NCBI GenBank assembly: GCA_965243395.1 | Contig: CBDEUS010000001.1 | Coordinates: 768,001-832,000, forward strand | Source: Gammaproteobacteria bacterium | Lineage (GTDB): Bacteria; Pseudomonadota; Gammaproteobacteria; UBA4575 | Direction of reading: 5' to 3' | DNA length: 64,000 bases | Shown here: positions 23,490-32,251 of the stretch, one piece after another | Position numbering within the stretch: the stretch's first letter is position 1 | How the letters are laid out: every line of letters begins with the position of its first letter | Made by a program: the position numbers and the translations under genes | The notes under the pieces: model-generated | Seen by the model: only the letters and a program-made list of their open reading frames with translations | What the model was told of the DNA's origin: nothing | Databases searched by the model: none

Positions 23490-23817
23490 AGCAAAATTCT
23501 AATAATATCTGTAGTTTTTGAAACGTTTTTCATGAAAAGTCATAACAAATTAGTTCAAAAGCTAGTAATTTCCTCTTAAGCATACATTTTTGTAAATTAT
23601 CCATATTCAGTGTGTGTAAATTAAAGTCAATAGTTAGCTGTAAAATCCAATTAACGTAATTGGCAATCAAATAGGTAAAATAGTGCGCTAAAAATAATTT
23701 CGCCCTAAAAACATGGGTTCAATTTTTACAGTACTGATCAAATAATTTAGAAAGAAGCAAACTGGGCACGATCATTAATAGATAAGCGGAACTTAGGTTG
23801 GATAATTAGATTTCTAA

Positions 23818-24615
23818 CTAGGAATAGATCGATAACCAATATCCACCCCAAATTATTAGAGCTACTCCCGTTATCATTCTAGTAGCCGTAGGCGAAATAG
23901 GTAAAACTTTTTCAAGTAATACAAAAATTGTTATGAGTATGACCCAAAGCATATTCATGACACCCACTGCAAACAAAATTAGCATTAATGCCCAACAACA
24001 ACCGACGCAAAATAGTCCGTGATGTAAGCCCATTTGTAATGCACCCATGTTTCCATCCTTCCATGCAGTCATAATAAATCCAATGGGTGTTCGGCATTGG
24101 TTTAGGCATACATCCTTAAGGGGTGTGAATTGATAAATTCCCGCGACAATTAGTATGCCTCCGCTTAACAAATAACTGCGGCTGTCCATCATAGGATCAA
24201 GCAAACCTCTTTCATGCAATGGCCATTGAATAAGGCTCACCACAATACTAAATACCCCCCAAGCCAATAGGTAACCTAATAAAAATAACCACGTAGGCGC
24301 ATAAGGTAACTGTTTTAGTTTTTTACTTTTGTTCACTGTAGCGAACATCGTAACCATAGGAACAACAGTGGGCGTCATCATGGCGACCATCATGGTGAAC
24401 CACATAAAAAACAGCATGAAAAAGTCATAACCGGTCCAAGGTCTTGTTCCGCTACGTGGAGGCATCCACATTTCTACCAAGTGCATGTTTTGCATGGCCC
24501 AGGCCATATAAAACATATAGGCCCAACCTGCTGCCGCCACTAAAAATAAGCCAGTAAGAATTATTTTTTTATCTTTATGACTCAATTGGCCAGATATTGC
24601 CGTATTATTAGTCAT
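23818..24615 (-). CDS. DUF2182 predicted metal-binding integral membrane protein
   Basis: MWFTMMVAMMTP, YQFTPLKDVCLNQCR, FCVGCCWALM. Confidence 0.9.
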   Translation of the reverse strand: MTNNTAISGQLSHKDKKIILTGLFLVAAAGWAYMFYMAWAMQNMHLVEMWMPPRSGTRPWTGYDFFMLFFMWFTMMVAMMTPTVVPMVTMFATVNKSKKLKQLPYAPTWLFLLGYLLAWGVFSIVVSLIQWPLHERGLLDPMMDSRSYLLSGGILIVAGIYQFTPLKDVCLNQCRTPIGFIMTAWKDGNMGALQMGLHHGLFCVGCCWALMLILFAVGVMNMLWVILITIFVLLEKVLPISPTATRMITGVALIIWGGYWLSIYS

Positions 24616-24687
24616 AATTTATAGAGAGTTTCTTAAGCTTTTATATATAATGATTATTATCCATTATTACTAGAGTAGGGTACGTAC

Positions 24688-25293
24688 ATGGCAATTTCAA
24701 ACTGGAAAGTTGAAGGAAAATATTTTGAATCATGTAATTGTGAAAATTTATGTCCATGCATTTTATTAAAAGACCCTACTGAAGGCTTTTGTGAAGCTAT
24801 GGTGGGTTGGGAAATTGAAAAAGGTCATTGTGAAGACGTATCTTTGGATGGAGTTAAAGTTGGTGTTTGGCTGCATGCTCCGGGCAACTTAACTGAAGGT
24901 AACTGGAAACTTGCCTTATATGTGGATGAAAGTGCAAGTGAAGAACAGTTTAATGCAGTTTGTTCATTATGGAGCGGTGAAGGCGGTGGTCATTTAGGTG
25001 TAATAGCAGGTCTTGTTGGGGAAGTTATGGGCGCAGAGAAAGCCAAGATTTCATTTGAATATAGTGATAATAAAAAACATTTAGTCATTGAAGGCGTGGG
25101 TGAGAACGAAATGGAACCCATGGAAGGAGCTGATGGCAGGAATGTGATTGTGACGGACCCACCATTAGCAGTTGCACCTAATAATCCAATTACGGTACAT
25201 GTTTCTACTAACGCACACTATGATGGCCACGGGCACACTTGGAAGCAAAGTGGTAAAGCTGGATTAGCGTCACCGTTTCAATACGGACCTTAA
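24688..25293 (+). CDS. DUF1326 Cys-rich predicted metal-binding protein
   Basis: W..EGKYFESCNCENLCPC...PTEGFC and PGNLTEGNWKLALYVDE. Confidence 0.9.
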   Translation: MAISNWKVEGKYFESCNCENLCPCILLKDPTEGFCEAMVGWEIEKGHCEDVSLDGVKVGVWLHAPGNLTEGNWKLALYVDESASEEQFNAVCSLWSGEGGGHLGVIAGLVGEVMGAEKAKISFEYSDNKKHLVIEGVGENEMEPMEGADGRNVIVTDPPLAVAPNNPITVHVSTNAHYDGHGHTWKQSGKAGLASPFQYGP

Positions 25294-25403
25294 ATTTCAA
25301 ACTTAACTTTTGATTGGCTAAGAGAATTTTCTTAGGGAATTGCTTTGCTTAAAAAAAGGAAGCAAGAGGAACAAGAAAGACAATAGAAAGTGGAGTTGGA
25401 AAA

Positions 25404-25516
25404 GAGGTTATCTATCTGGCAATCCCGCTGTCTTAGAATTCTTGCTTCCTTAGACCGGTAATTTTGCGCCCCTAGTTTTCACTAGGTTTGCCTTTTTCAG
25501 TAAGTTTTATTACCTC
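25404..25516 (-). ncRNA. c-di-GMP-I (GEMM) riboswitch aptamer
   Basis: Minus strand ctgaaaaaGGCAAAcctagt-GAAA-actaggGGCGCAAAattaCCGGtCTAAggaagcaagaattcTAAGAcaGCGGgattgCcag matches the Vc2-type consensus (GNRA tetraloop stem, receptor, closing stem). The closing helix extends gaggtaat/ataacctc. Confidence 0.92.
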
Positions 25517-25650
25517 AAATTATTAATACACTACAAACTCTATCAAATTATATTAATTATGTGTATGGGGTTTACTTACGCATCTATTTATTTCAGTGAG
25601 TTACATTTGTTAAAACATGTTAATTAAATATAATCTTAATGAGCGGAGCT

Positions 25651-26544
25651 TTAAGGTATTGAATCTGTCTCGGTAAGAGTTGCTTCCGGTGTTTGTTGAA
25701 CTTTCTTTTCTCTCAGGATAATAATGCCTGCAACAATAATAAGCAGTGCTCCAGAAATTGTTATTAATGTCACCAACTCACCCCAGAATACCCAACCAAT
25801 AATTGCGGCAAATAAAATGGAAGAGTAGGTAAAAGGAGCAATTCTACTTGCGGGAGCAAGAATGTAGGATTTTGTAAGTAATAGTTGTCCTACGGTGCCG
25901 AAAGTACCCAATAGTAATAAAATAAACCATTCTTTATTGGTCGGGTTTTGCCAAAACCAAAATAATGGAAAAGCGGACACGGTTAAACTGATTAATCCAA
26001 AATAAAAAACAATTCTGCTTGTTGGCTCGCTAGCAGACATTCTTCTAATCGTAACTTTTGCAAGTGCAGCCAATGCACCGCCTAACAAGCCCACAAGTGA
26101 TGCAATATGGATAGTGCCGGTTGGTTTCAAGACTAGAATCACACCCAAAAAACCAATCATGACTGCCATGATCACTCTTAATGATATGTATTCGCTTAAC
26201 CATATAAAAGCAATGATAGGTATGAAAAGTGGAGCGCTGATTTTCAATAGCATCGCATCAGCGAGTGGCAGCTCAGCTAATGCATAAAAAAAACAATACA
26301 TCGCTGACACACCGGCTAAAGATCGTAAGAAATGCCAACGGATGTTGTCGGTTTTAAGTGTGTTAATTCCTAATTTAAATATAAGTGGTAATAAAACGAT
26401 TAATCCAAACAAGTTTCGAAAGAATACAACATTTTGACTAGGAAGATTGTCAGAAAGCAGTTTTACTAATGAGCCCATACCTACAAAGCATAGTTCTGCA
26501 AGCATTGCAAAAATGCAGCCAAGAATTAAATTATTTTTTTGCAT
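25651..26544 (-). CDS. DMT (EamA) family transporter
   Basis: Ten-TM pattern; VVFFRNLFG, APLFIPIIAFIWLSE, IAPFTYSSILFAAIIG..WGE. Start taken at MQKNN. Confidence 0.9.
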   Translation of the reverse strand: MQKNNLILGCIFAMLAELCFVGMGSLVKLLSDNLPSQNVVFFRNLFGLIVLLPLIFKLGINTLKTDNIRWHFLRSLAGVSAMYCFFYALAELPLADAMLLKISAPLFIPIIAFIWLSEYISLRVIMAVMIGFLGVILVLKPTGTIHIASLVGLLGGALAALAKVTIRRMSASEPTSRIVFYFGLISLTVSAFPLFWFWQNPTNKEWFILLLLGTFGTVGQLLLTKSYILAPASRIAPFTYSSILFAAIIGWVFWGELVTLITISGALLIIVAGIIILREKKVQQTPEATLTETDSIP

Positions 26545-26581
26545 AAAAAAAAAGCCCTTACAGTATTTGCACTGTAAGGGC
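26545..26581 (-). terminator. intrinsic terminator of acnA
   Basis: gcccttacagt-gcaaat-actgtaagggc followed by T9 on the minus strand. Confidence 0.85.
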
Positions 26582-26605
26582 ATATTCAAAGTTAGTTGCA
26601 AAAGT

Positions 26606-29266
26606 TTATGCAGCCAGTTGTCTTAATACATAATGCAGAATACCACCATTCTGGTAGTACTCTACTTCTTGGGGAGTATCAATACGAACTTTCACATCGA
26701 AAGACTTTTCGCTGCCATTATCGGATTTTGCCGTTACCGTGACAGATTTTGCTGCACCGTTTTGCAAGCCTGTGATGCTGAATACTTCTGTGCCAGTTAA
26801 ACCTAAGCTCTCTGCATTGTCGCCATCATTGTATTGCAGTGGCAGGATACCCATGCCTACCAAGTTTGAGCGGTGAATACGTTCATAGCTTTCCGCGATG
26901 ACTGCGCTAACTCCTTGAAGGCTAGGTCCTTTAGCCGCCCAATCTCGGGATGAGCCTGAACCATATTCTTTGCCCGAAAGAATAATGGTTGGAACATTTT
27001 CATCCTTATATTTCATTGCAGCATCATAAATCGACATCTGCTCACCACTAGGTTGGTGAATTGTGACACCACCTTCGGTACCCGGTGCGAGTTTATTGCG
27101 TAAGCGAATGTTTGCAAAGGTACCGCGCATCATGACTTCATGATTACCACGGCGCGAGCCGTAGGAATTGAAATCTGCCGGGCTTACCCCTTGTTCAATT
27201 AAATACTTTGCGGCAGGGCTATCAGGGGCAATGGCACCTGCAGGAGAAATATGATCGGTTGTAACTGAATCGCCTAAATAGGCAAGTACTCGTGCTCCGT
27301 GTATATCAGAAACATCTCCAACTTCTGCTGTCATACCTTCAAAATAAGGAGGATTGTTGATGTAAGTGGAGTCATCCCATTGATAAAGATTGGTGTTAGC
27401 AGCATCTAAATTATTCCAGTTACTTTCGCCATGGAACACATCTTTATACGACTCAATGTATTGTTCAGTAGTTAAGAAATTTGAAACGATTTCTGTGACT
27501 TCTTGTTGAGTTGGCCAGATATCTTTTAGAAAAACTGAATTGCCGTCCTTGTCTTCTGCAATAGCTTCATTGTAGACGTCGATATCCATTCGACCTGCAA
27601 TGGCATAAGCGACAACCAGGGGAGGAGATGCGAGATAATTCATACGAATTAAGGCATGCACACGTCCTTCAAAGTTACGGTTACCGGATAATACTGATGT
27701 GGTGACTAAATCATTTTCCGTAATGGCATTTGCTACAGGTTCAGGAAGTGGACCAGAGTTTCCGATACAGGTTGTGCAGCCGTAACCAACTACATGAAAA
27801 CCTAATTCTTTCAAATCATCCATCACGCCGGCATTTTCTAAATATTCTGTAACCACGCGTGAACCAGGGGCGAGAGATGTTTTTACCCATGGTTTTACTT
27901 TTACACCTAATGCAGCTGCTTTGCGTGCAACTAAACCTGCTCCTAGCATTACACTAGGATTAGAAGTATTTGTGCAAGATGTGATGGCTGCTAATACTAC
28001 AGCACCATCTGATAATGTTTCTTTATTACCATTAATTTCAATTTCAACACTGCCTGCACTTTGTATATCACGCTCTTCTTTCAGGGCGGCAATATCTCTT
28101 TCAAATGCAGGTTTTGATTCGCTAAGTGAAATGCGATCTTGAGGACGTTTAGGACCAGAGATACTAGGAACCACATCGGCAAGATTTAATTCAATGTGTT
28201 CGCTAAACTCGACACCTTCTCGAACACCCTCGCGCCACATGCCTGTTTCTTTTGCGTAAGCTTCTGCTAAGGCGACGGCTTGTGCGTCACGCCCAGTTTG
28301 TTCTAAGTATCGAATTGTTTCAGCATCAATTGGGAAGATGCCACAGGTTGCACCGTATTCAGGAGCCATATTGGCAATGGTTGCACGGTCTGCAAGAGGT
28401 AACACATCTAAACCATCACCGTAAAATTCTACAAATTTACCTACAACGCCATGTTTGCGTAGCATTTCTACAATAACAAGTACCAGGTCAGTTGCGGTCG
28501 AGCCTTCGGGTAATTTACCAGTTAGTTTAAATCCAACTACTTTTGGAATAAGCATTGAGATGGGTTGACCTAACATTGAAGCTTCAGCCTCAATACCGCC
28601 AACTCCCCAACCAAGCACACCTACACCATTAATCATAGTTGTGTGCGAATCAGTGCCGACTACAGAATCAGGATAAGCTTGTGTGGCTCCGTTTGCATCT
28701 TTAGAAAATATAACGCGGGCTAAATATTCTAAATTGACTTGGTGAACGATTCCGGTACCTGGAGGGACAACTTTAAAGTTTGAAAATACATTTTGGCCCC
28801 ATTTCAAAAATTGATAACGTTCTTTATTACGATTGAACTCTAGTTTTTCATTTAGATCCATAGCTGAATCTGAACCAAAATTGTCTACTTGAACTGAATG
28901 GTCAATGACCATTTCTGCTGGTTGTAATGGATTAATTTTTTCAGGGTCGCCACCAAGTCTTTTCATTGCGTCACGCATAGCTGCTAGATCAACTACACAA
29001 GGCACACCTGTGAAGTCTTGCATCAATACGCGTGCAGGACGGAAGGCAATTTCCTTACTAGGTTCTGCTTTGGCATCCCAATTTAAGATGGCTTCGATAT
29101 CTTCTTTAGTAACCGTTTTGTTGTCTTCATAACGTAGAAGATTTTCAAGTAGGATTTTTATGGAATAGGGTAGACGCTCAGCTTGAGGTAATTTACCTAC
29201 ATTAAATATTTCATAGGATTGTCCATTCACATCTAGGCTGGATTTGGTGTCAAAACTGTTACTCAT
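26606..29266 (-). CDS. acnA: aconitate hydratase A
   Basis: [46 protein letters not shown]. Confidence 0.97.
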   Translation of the reverse strand: MSNSFDTKSSLDVNGQSYEIFNVGKLPQAERLPYSIKILLENLLRYEDNKTVTKEDIEAILNWDAKAEPSKEIAFRPARVLMQDFTGVPCVVDLAAMRDAMKRLGGDPEKINPLQPAEMVIDHSVQVDNFGSDSAMDLNEKLEFNRNKERYQFLKWGQNVFSNFKVVPPGTGIVHQVNLEYLARVIFSKDANGATQAYPDSVVGTDSHTTMINGVGVLGWGVGGIEAEASMLGQPISMLIPKVVGFKLTGKLPEGSTATDLVLVIVEMLRKHGVVGKFVEFYGDGLDVLPLADRATIANMAPEYGATCGIFPIDAETIRYLEQTGRDAQAVALAEAYAKETGMWREGVREGVEFSEHIELNLADVVPSISGPKRPQDRISLSESKPAFERDIAALKEERDIQSAGSVEIEINGNKETLSDGAVVLAAITSCTNTSNPSVMLGAGLVARKAAALGVKVKPWVKTSLAPGSRVVTEYLENAGVMDDLKELGFHVVGYGCTTCIGNSGPLPEPVANAITENDLVTTSVLSGNRNFEGRVHALIRMNYLASPPLVVAYAIAGRMDIDVYNEAIAEDKDGNSVFLKDIWPTQQEVTEIVSNFLTTEQYIESYKDVFHGESNWNNLDAANTNLYQWDDSTYINNPPYFEGMTAEVGDVSDIHGARVLAYLGDSVTTDHISPAGAIAPDSPAAKYLIEQGVSPADFNSYGSRRGNHEVMMRGTFANIRLRNKLAPGTEGGVTIHQPSGEQMSIYDAAMKYKDENVPTIILSGKEYGSGSSRDWAAKGPSLQGVSAVIAESYERIHRSNLVGMGILPLQYNDGDNAESLGLTGTEVFSITGLQNGAAKSVTVTAKSDNGSEKSFDVKVRIDTPQEVEYYQNGGILHYVLRQLAA

Positions 29267-29407
29267 TCAAGCTTCTCCGCAATACGATTTATTTTGTCTA
29301 ATTTTAACTTTAGCTGGGGTCAAAAAGGAGCGTGATTATCAAGCATTTCCTATTAAAGCGGAACTGCCTGTAAGTGGTAATCAAGTTAAAATCAGCCCAG
29401 AGCCAGA

Positions 29408-30037
29408 TTAGACAGTTGAGCTACGCTCCATATCGTGGATGTTGTTAAGTAGCGATTTTCGGCCTAACAATAGGGTCCAGCGCTTTCCATTAGCTTGTTT
29501 CCATAAAACGATAGCACGTATGCCAGCTAAAAGTAGTGCACGTATTTTACTGGCGTTGTTATCTGTTTTTAAATATACCGGATCTCCTTCAATGATCACT
29601 TTGGGCCCTAAAGGGCTGATATATTCGCGATAAAGTTCGCCAAGATCTTGGGTGATATCTTCCAGTGATTCTTCAACTGAATCATATTGATTGTTAATGC
29701 GCTCAAGCTGACTTGATAGTGAATTCACAGTATTACCGCTTACAGCAAATTTGGAAGCGAGATACATAAGATTAATTGCATAGCGTGTTCGTTCGATAGC
29801 ATGTTTCTCATTTTTACTTTGTAGCGCTATTTTTAAGGTTTGAATGCCAAGCTGAAGATTTTCTATGGAACCATAAACATCGAGATAGTTAGCTGGATTG
29901 AGTTTTAAGACGCTAGCAATGGTAGGTGGCATACATGAATGACTACTATCTCCTTCCCACGCAATATTTTGCACTAATGCAAGAGACTGATATAAGCCAG
30001 TAAGTGCGATAGTTTGATCTTGGGTAATGGTAAACAC
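29408..30037 (-). CDS. hflD: high-frequency lysogenization protein HflD
   Basis: ISPLGPKVIIEG and KIRALLLAGIRAIVLWKQ; downstream of mnmA. Confidence 0.9.
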   Translation of the reverse strand: MFTITQDQTIALTGLYQSLALVQNIAWEGDSSHSCMPPTIASVLKLNPANYLDVYGSIENLQLGIQTLKIALQSKNEKHAIERTRYAINLMYLASKFAVSGNTVNSLSSQLERINNQYDSVEESLEDITQDLGELYREYISPLGPKVIIEGDPVYLKTDNNASKIRALLLAGIRAIVLWKQANGKRWTLLLGRKSLLNNIHDMERSSTV

Positions 30038-30046
30038 GTAAAAATC

Positions 30047-31132
30047 TTAGTTATATCTTTTGTTAATAATACCACCGCCAAGGCAGATATCATCTTGATA
30101 TAGCACAACACTTTGTCCTGGAGTAATTGCCCATTGAGACTCATCAAAAACGACTTCATAGTTTCCATTGTTAAGACATTTGATAGAGCAGGCTTGATCT
30201 TTTTGTCTATAGCGAGTTTTGGCTTTTAATTTTTCGATTGAATTAGGCTCTTGTTCACTAATCCAATGAAAATCTTGTGTGATTAGTTTTTTATGGAATA
30301 AAGACTCATGCTCTCTGCCTTGGACTACGTATAAAACATTTGAATGAATATCTTTTTCCGTTACATACCAAGGTTCTTCCGAATGCTCTCGTTGCCCGCC
30401 AATCCCTAAACCTTGGCGTTGGCCAATGGTATAAAACATTACGCCTTCATGTTGCCCTATGACTTCTTCATTTAATGTTCTTATCTCACCATGTTTTGCG
30501 GGAATGTAGTTTTGCAAGAAGTCTTTGAATTTTCGTTCGCCAATAAAACAAATTCCGGTGCTGTCTTTTTTATCATATGTGTCGAATTGATTTCGTTGAG
30601 CAAGCTTTCGAACTTGAGACTTTTCTAGTCCACCAATAGGAAATAACGATTTAGCTAATTGTTGTTGATCTAGAGTATGCAGGAAATACGACTGATCTTT
30701 ATTTTCATCTAGGGCCTTGCACAAAGTGTTTCCTATATTAGAGTGAGTACGATTTGCATAATGTCCAGTGGCGATAAAGTCTGCATCTAAGTTGATTGCG
30801 TGATCTAAGAAGGCTCGAAATTTAATTTCCTTGTTACAAATAATGTCAGGGTTGGGGGTGCGGCCAGCTTTGTATTCCGTCAAGAAATATTCAAACACCC
30901 GGTCCCAATATTCACTGGAGAAATTAACGGTGTGTAGTTTGATTCCTATTTGAGTACAAATTTTTTGTGCATCTGCTAAATCAATTGCTGCAGAACAATA
31001 TTCTTCGTCATCATCTTCCTCCCAATTTTTCATAAACAAGCCTTCCACATGGAAACCTTGTTCCGTTAAAAGGTAAGCTGCGACAGAAGAATCTACACCG
31101 CCAGACATACCAACAATAATTTTGGAAGCCAT
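30047..31132 (-). CDS. mnmA: tRNA 2-thiouridine(34) synthase
   Basis: [32 protein letters not shown]. Confidence 0.97.
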   Translation of the reverse strand: MASKIIVGMSGGVDSSVAAYLLTEQGFHVEGLFMKNWEEDDDEEYCSAAIDLADAQKICTQIGIKLHTVNFSSEYWDRVFEYFLTEYKAGRTPNPDIICNKEIKFRAFLDHAINLDADFIATGHYANRTHSNIGNTLCKALDENKDQSYFLHTLDQQQLAKSLFPIGGLEKSQVRKLAQRNQFDTYDKKDSTGICFIGERKFKDFLQNYIPAKHGEIRTLNEEVIGQHEGVMFYTIGQRQGLGIGGQREHSEEPWYVTEKDIHSNVLYVVQGREHESLFHKKLITQDFHWISEQEPNSIEKLKAKTRYRQKDQACSIKCLNNGNYEVVFDESQWAITPGQSVVLYQDDICLGGGIINKRYN

Positions 31133-31167
31133 GGCTTATGAAACCATAAAATATGGTTGTATGAGAA

Positions 31168-31626
31168 CTACCAATGTTGATGAATATCACGAAGCATATT
31201 TAGATCATGCCGTTTTCCATTTAAATAATCATTCAAGCTTTCTGTAACCATTGTGCTTCGTATTCTTGTTTCAGGTAGTGCAAGGATGTCATTTTTATCG
31301 TGCCAATCTGCATTTAATATCCCGTCATCAAGTTTTGTAGATACTTGATGATCACTACAACTTCCACAGAATGTAAAACGCAAAAAGGTTTCATCTTTAC
31401 GTGGATGTTGCCAACGATATATACCGACCAGAGCAGATGGGTAAAATTCCCAACCAGTTTCTTCTAAGGTTTCGCGTTGCGCAGCTTCTATGAGTGTTTC
31501 ACCTGCTTCCCAATGACCCGCAGGTTGGTTAAGGACTGCTATTCCTTCAACCATTTCTTCTACAAGTAAAAATTTTTGATCACGCTCAATTACTGCAGCT
31601 ACAGTGATATGTGGTTCCCATTTCAT
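31168..31626 (-). CDS. nudJ: NUDIX hydrolase NudJ
   Basis: PHITVAAVIE and NQPAGHWEAGETL...RETLEETG; upstream of mnmA. Confidence 0.85.
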   Translation of the reverse strand: MKWEPHITVAAVIERDQKFLLVEEMVEGIAVLNQPAGHWEAGETLIEAAQRETLEETGWEFYPSALVGIYRWQHPRKDETFLRFTFCGSCSDHQVSTKLDDGILNADWHDKNDILALPETRIRSTMVTESLNDYLNGKRHDLNMLRDIHQHW

Positions 31627-31918
31627 AATTTAGATTGAATTTTGCGGCACAAATCCGGTGTTTTGAGAATATGTAAAATACTAATATTTATTAAATTTAA
31701 TCGATGAACAGTATATTATAATTTATATATTTCAATAGTTTATAATAACTATTTAAATAATATTATTGATTATGCTTGAAACGAACTCAAAATACACCAA
31801 TATTGGTATGTATTACACATTATCATTTAGTAGGCCAAATAGGGCGTTTTAGATATTGTAGCTAGGCTACAAAATAGTGCTGTATATAATATTAACGTAA
31901 TTGCTTTATACATTGAGT

Positions 31919-32239
31919 ATGTCTGATCAAGAACAACCTCGCCATGACGAAGAATTGCTCGTACAAGAGGCGAAACCGAAGGTTAAAAAGCCTCAGATGT
32001 ACAAAGTGGTGCTTTTGAATGATGATTACACCCCTATGGAGTTTGTGGTACATATTTTAGAAAACTTTTTTAAGATGAATAGAGAGAAAGCTACACGCAT
32101 TATGTTGCACGTACATACACGTGGCAAAGGTGTATGTGGTGTATTCACCCGTGATGTTGCTGAAACTAAAGTAGCACAAGTGAATGATTATTCGAGAATG
32201 AATAATCACCCATTACTTTGCGCGATGGAAGAAGCTTAA
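31919..32239 (+). CDS. clpS: Clp protease adaptor ClpS
   Basis: [17 protein letters not shown] and IMLHVHTRG. Confidence 0.96.
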   Translation: MSDQEQPRHDEELLVQEAKPKVKKPQMYKVVLLNDDYTPMEFVVHILENFFKMNREKATRIMLHVHTRGKGVCGVFTRDVAETKVAQVNDYSRMNNHPLLCAMEEA

Positions 32240-32251
32240 GGGTAGGGAAGC

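Noticed and set aside
23519-23532. TGAAACGTTTTTCA as a LacI/Cra-type operator
   Set aside because: The CG is off-centre relative to the TGNAANCGNTTNCA symmetry.
25480-25500. Riboswitch as a cGAMP-sensing GEMM-Ib variant
   Set aside because: The position equivalent to Vc2 nucleotide 20 is G, not A.
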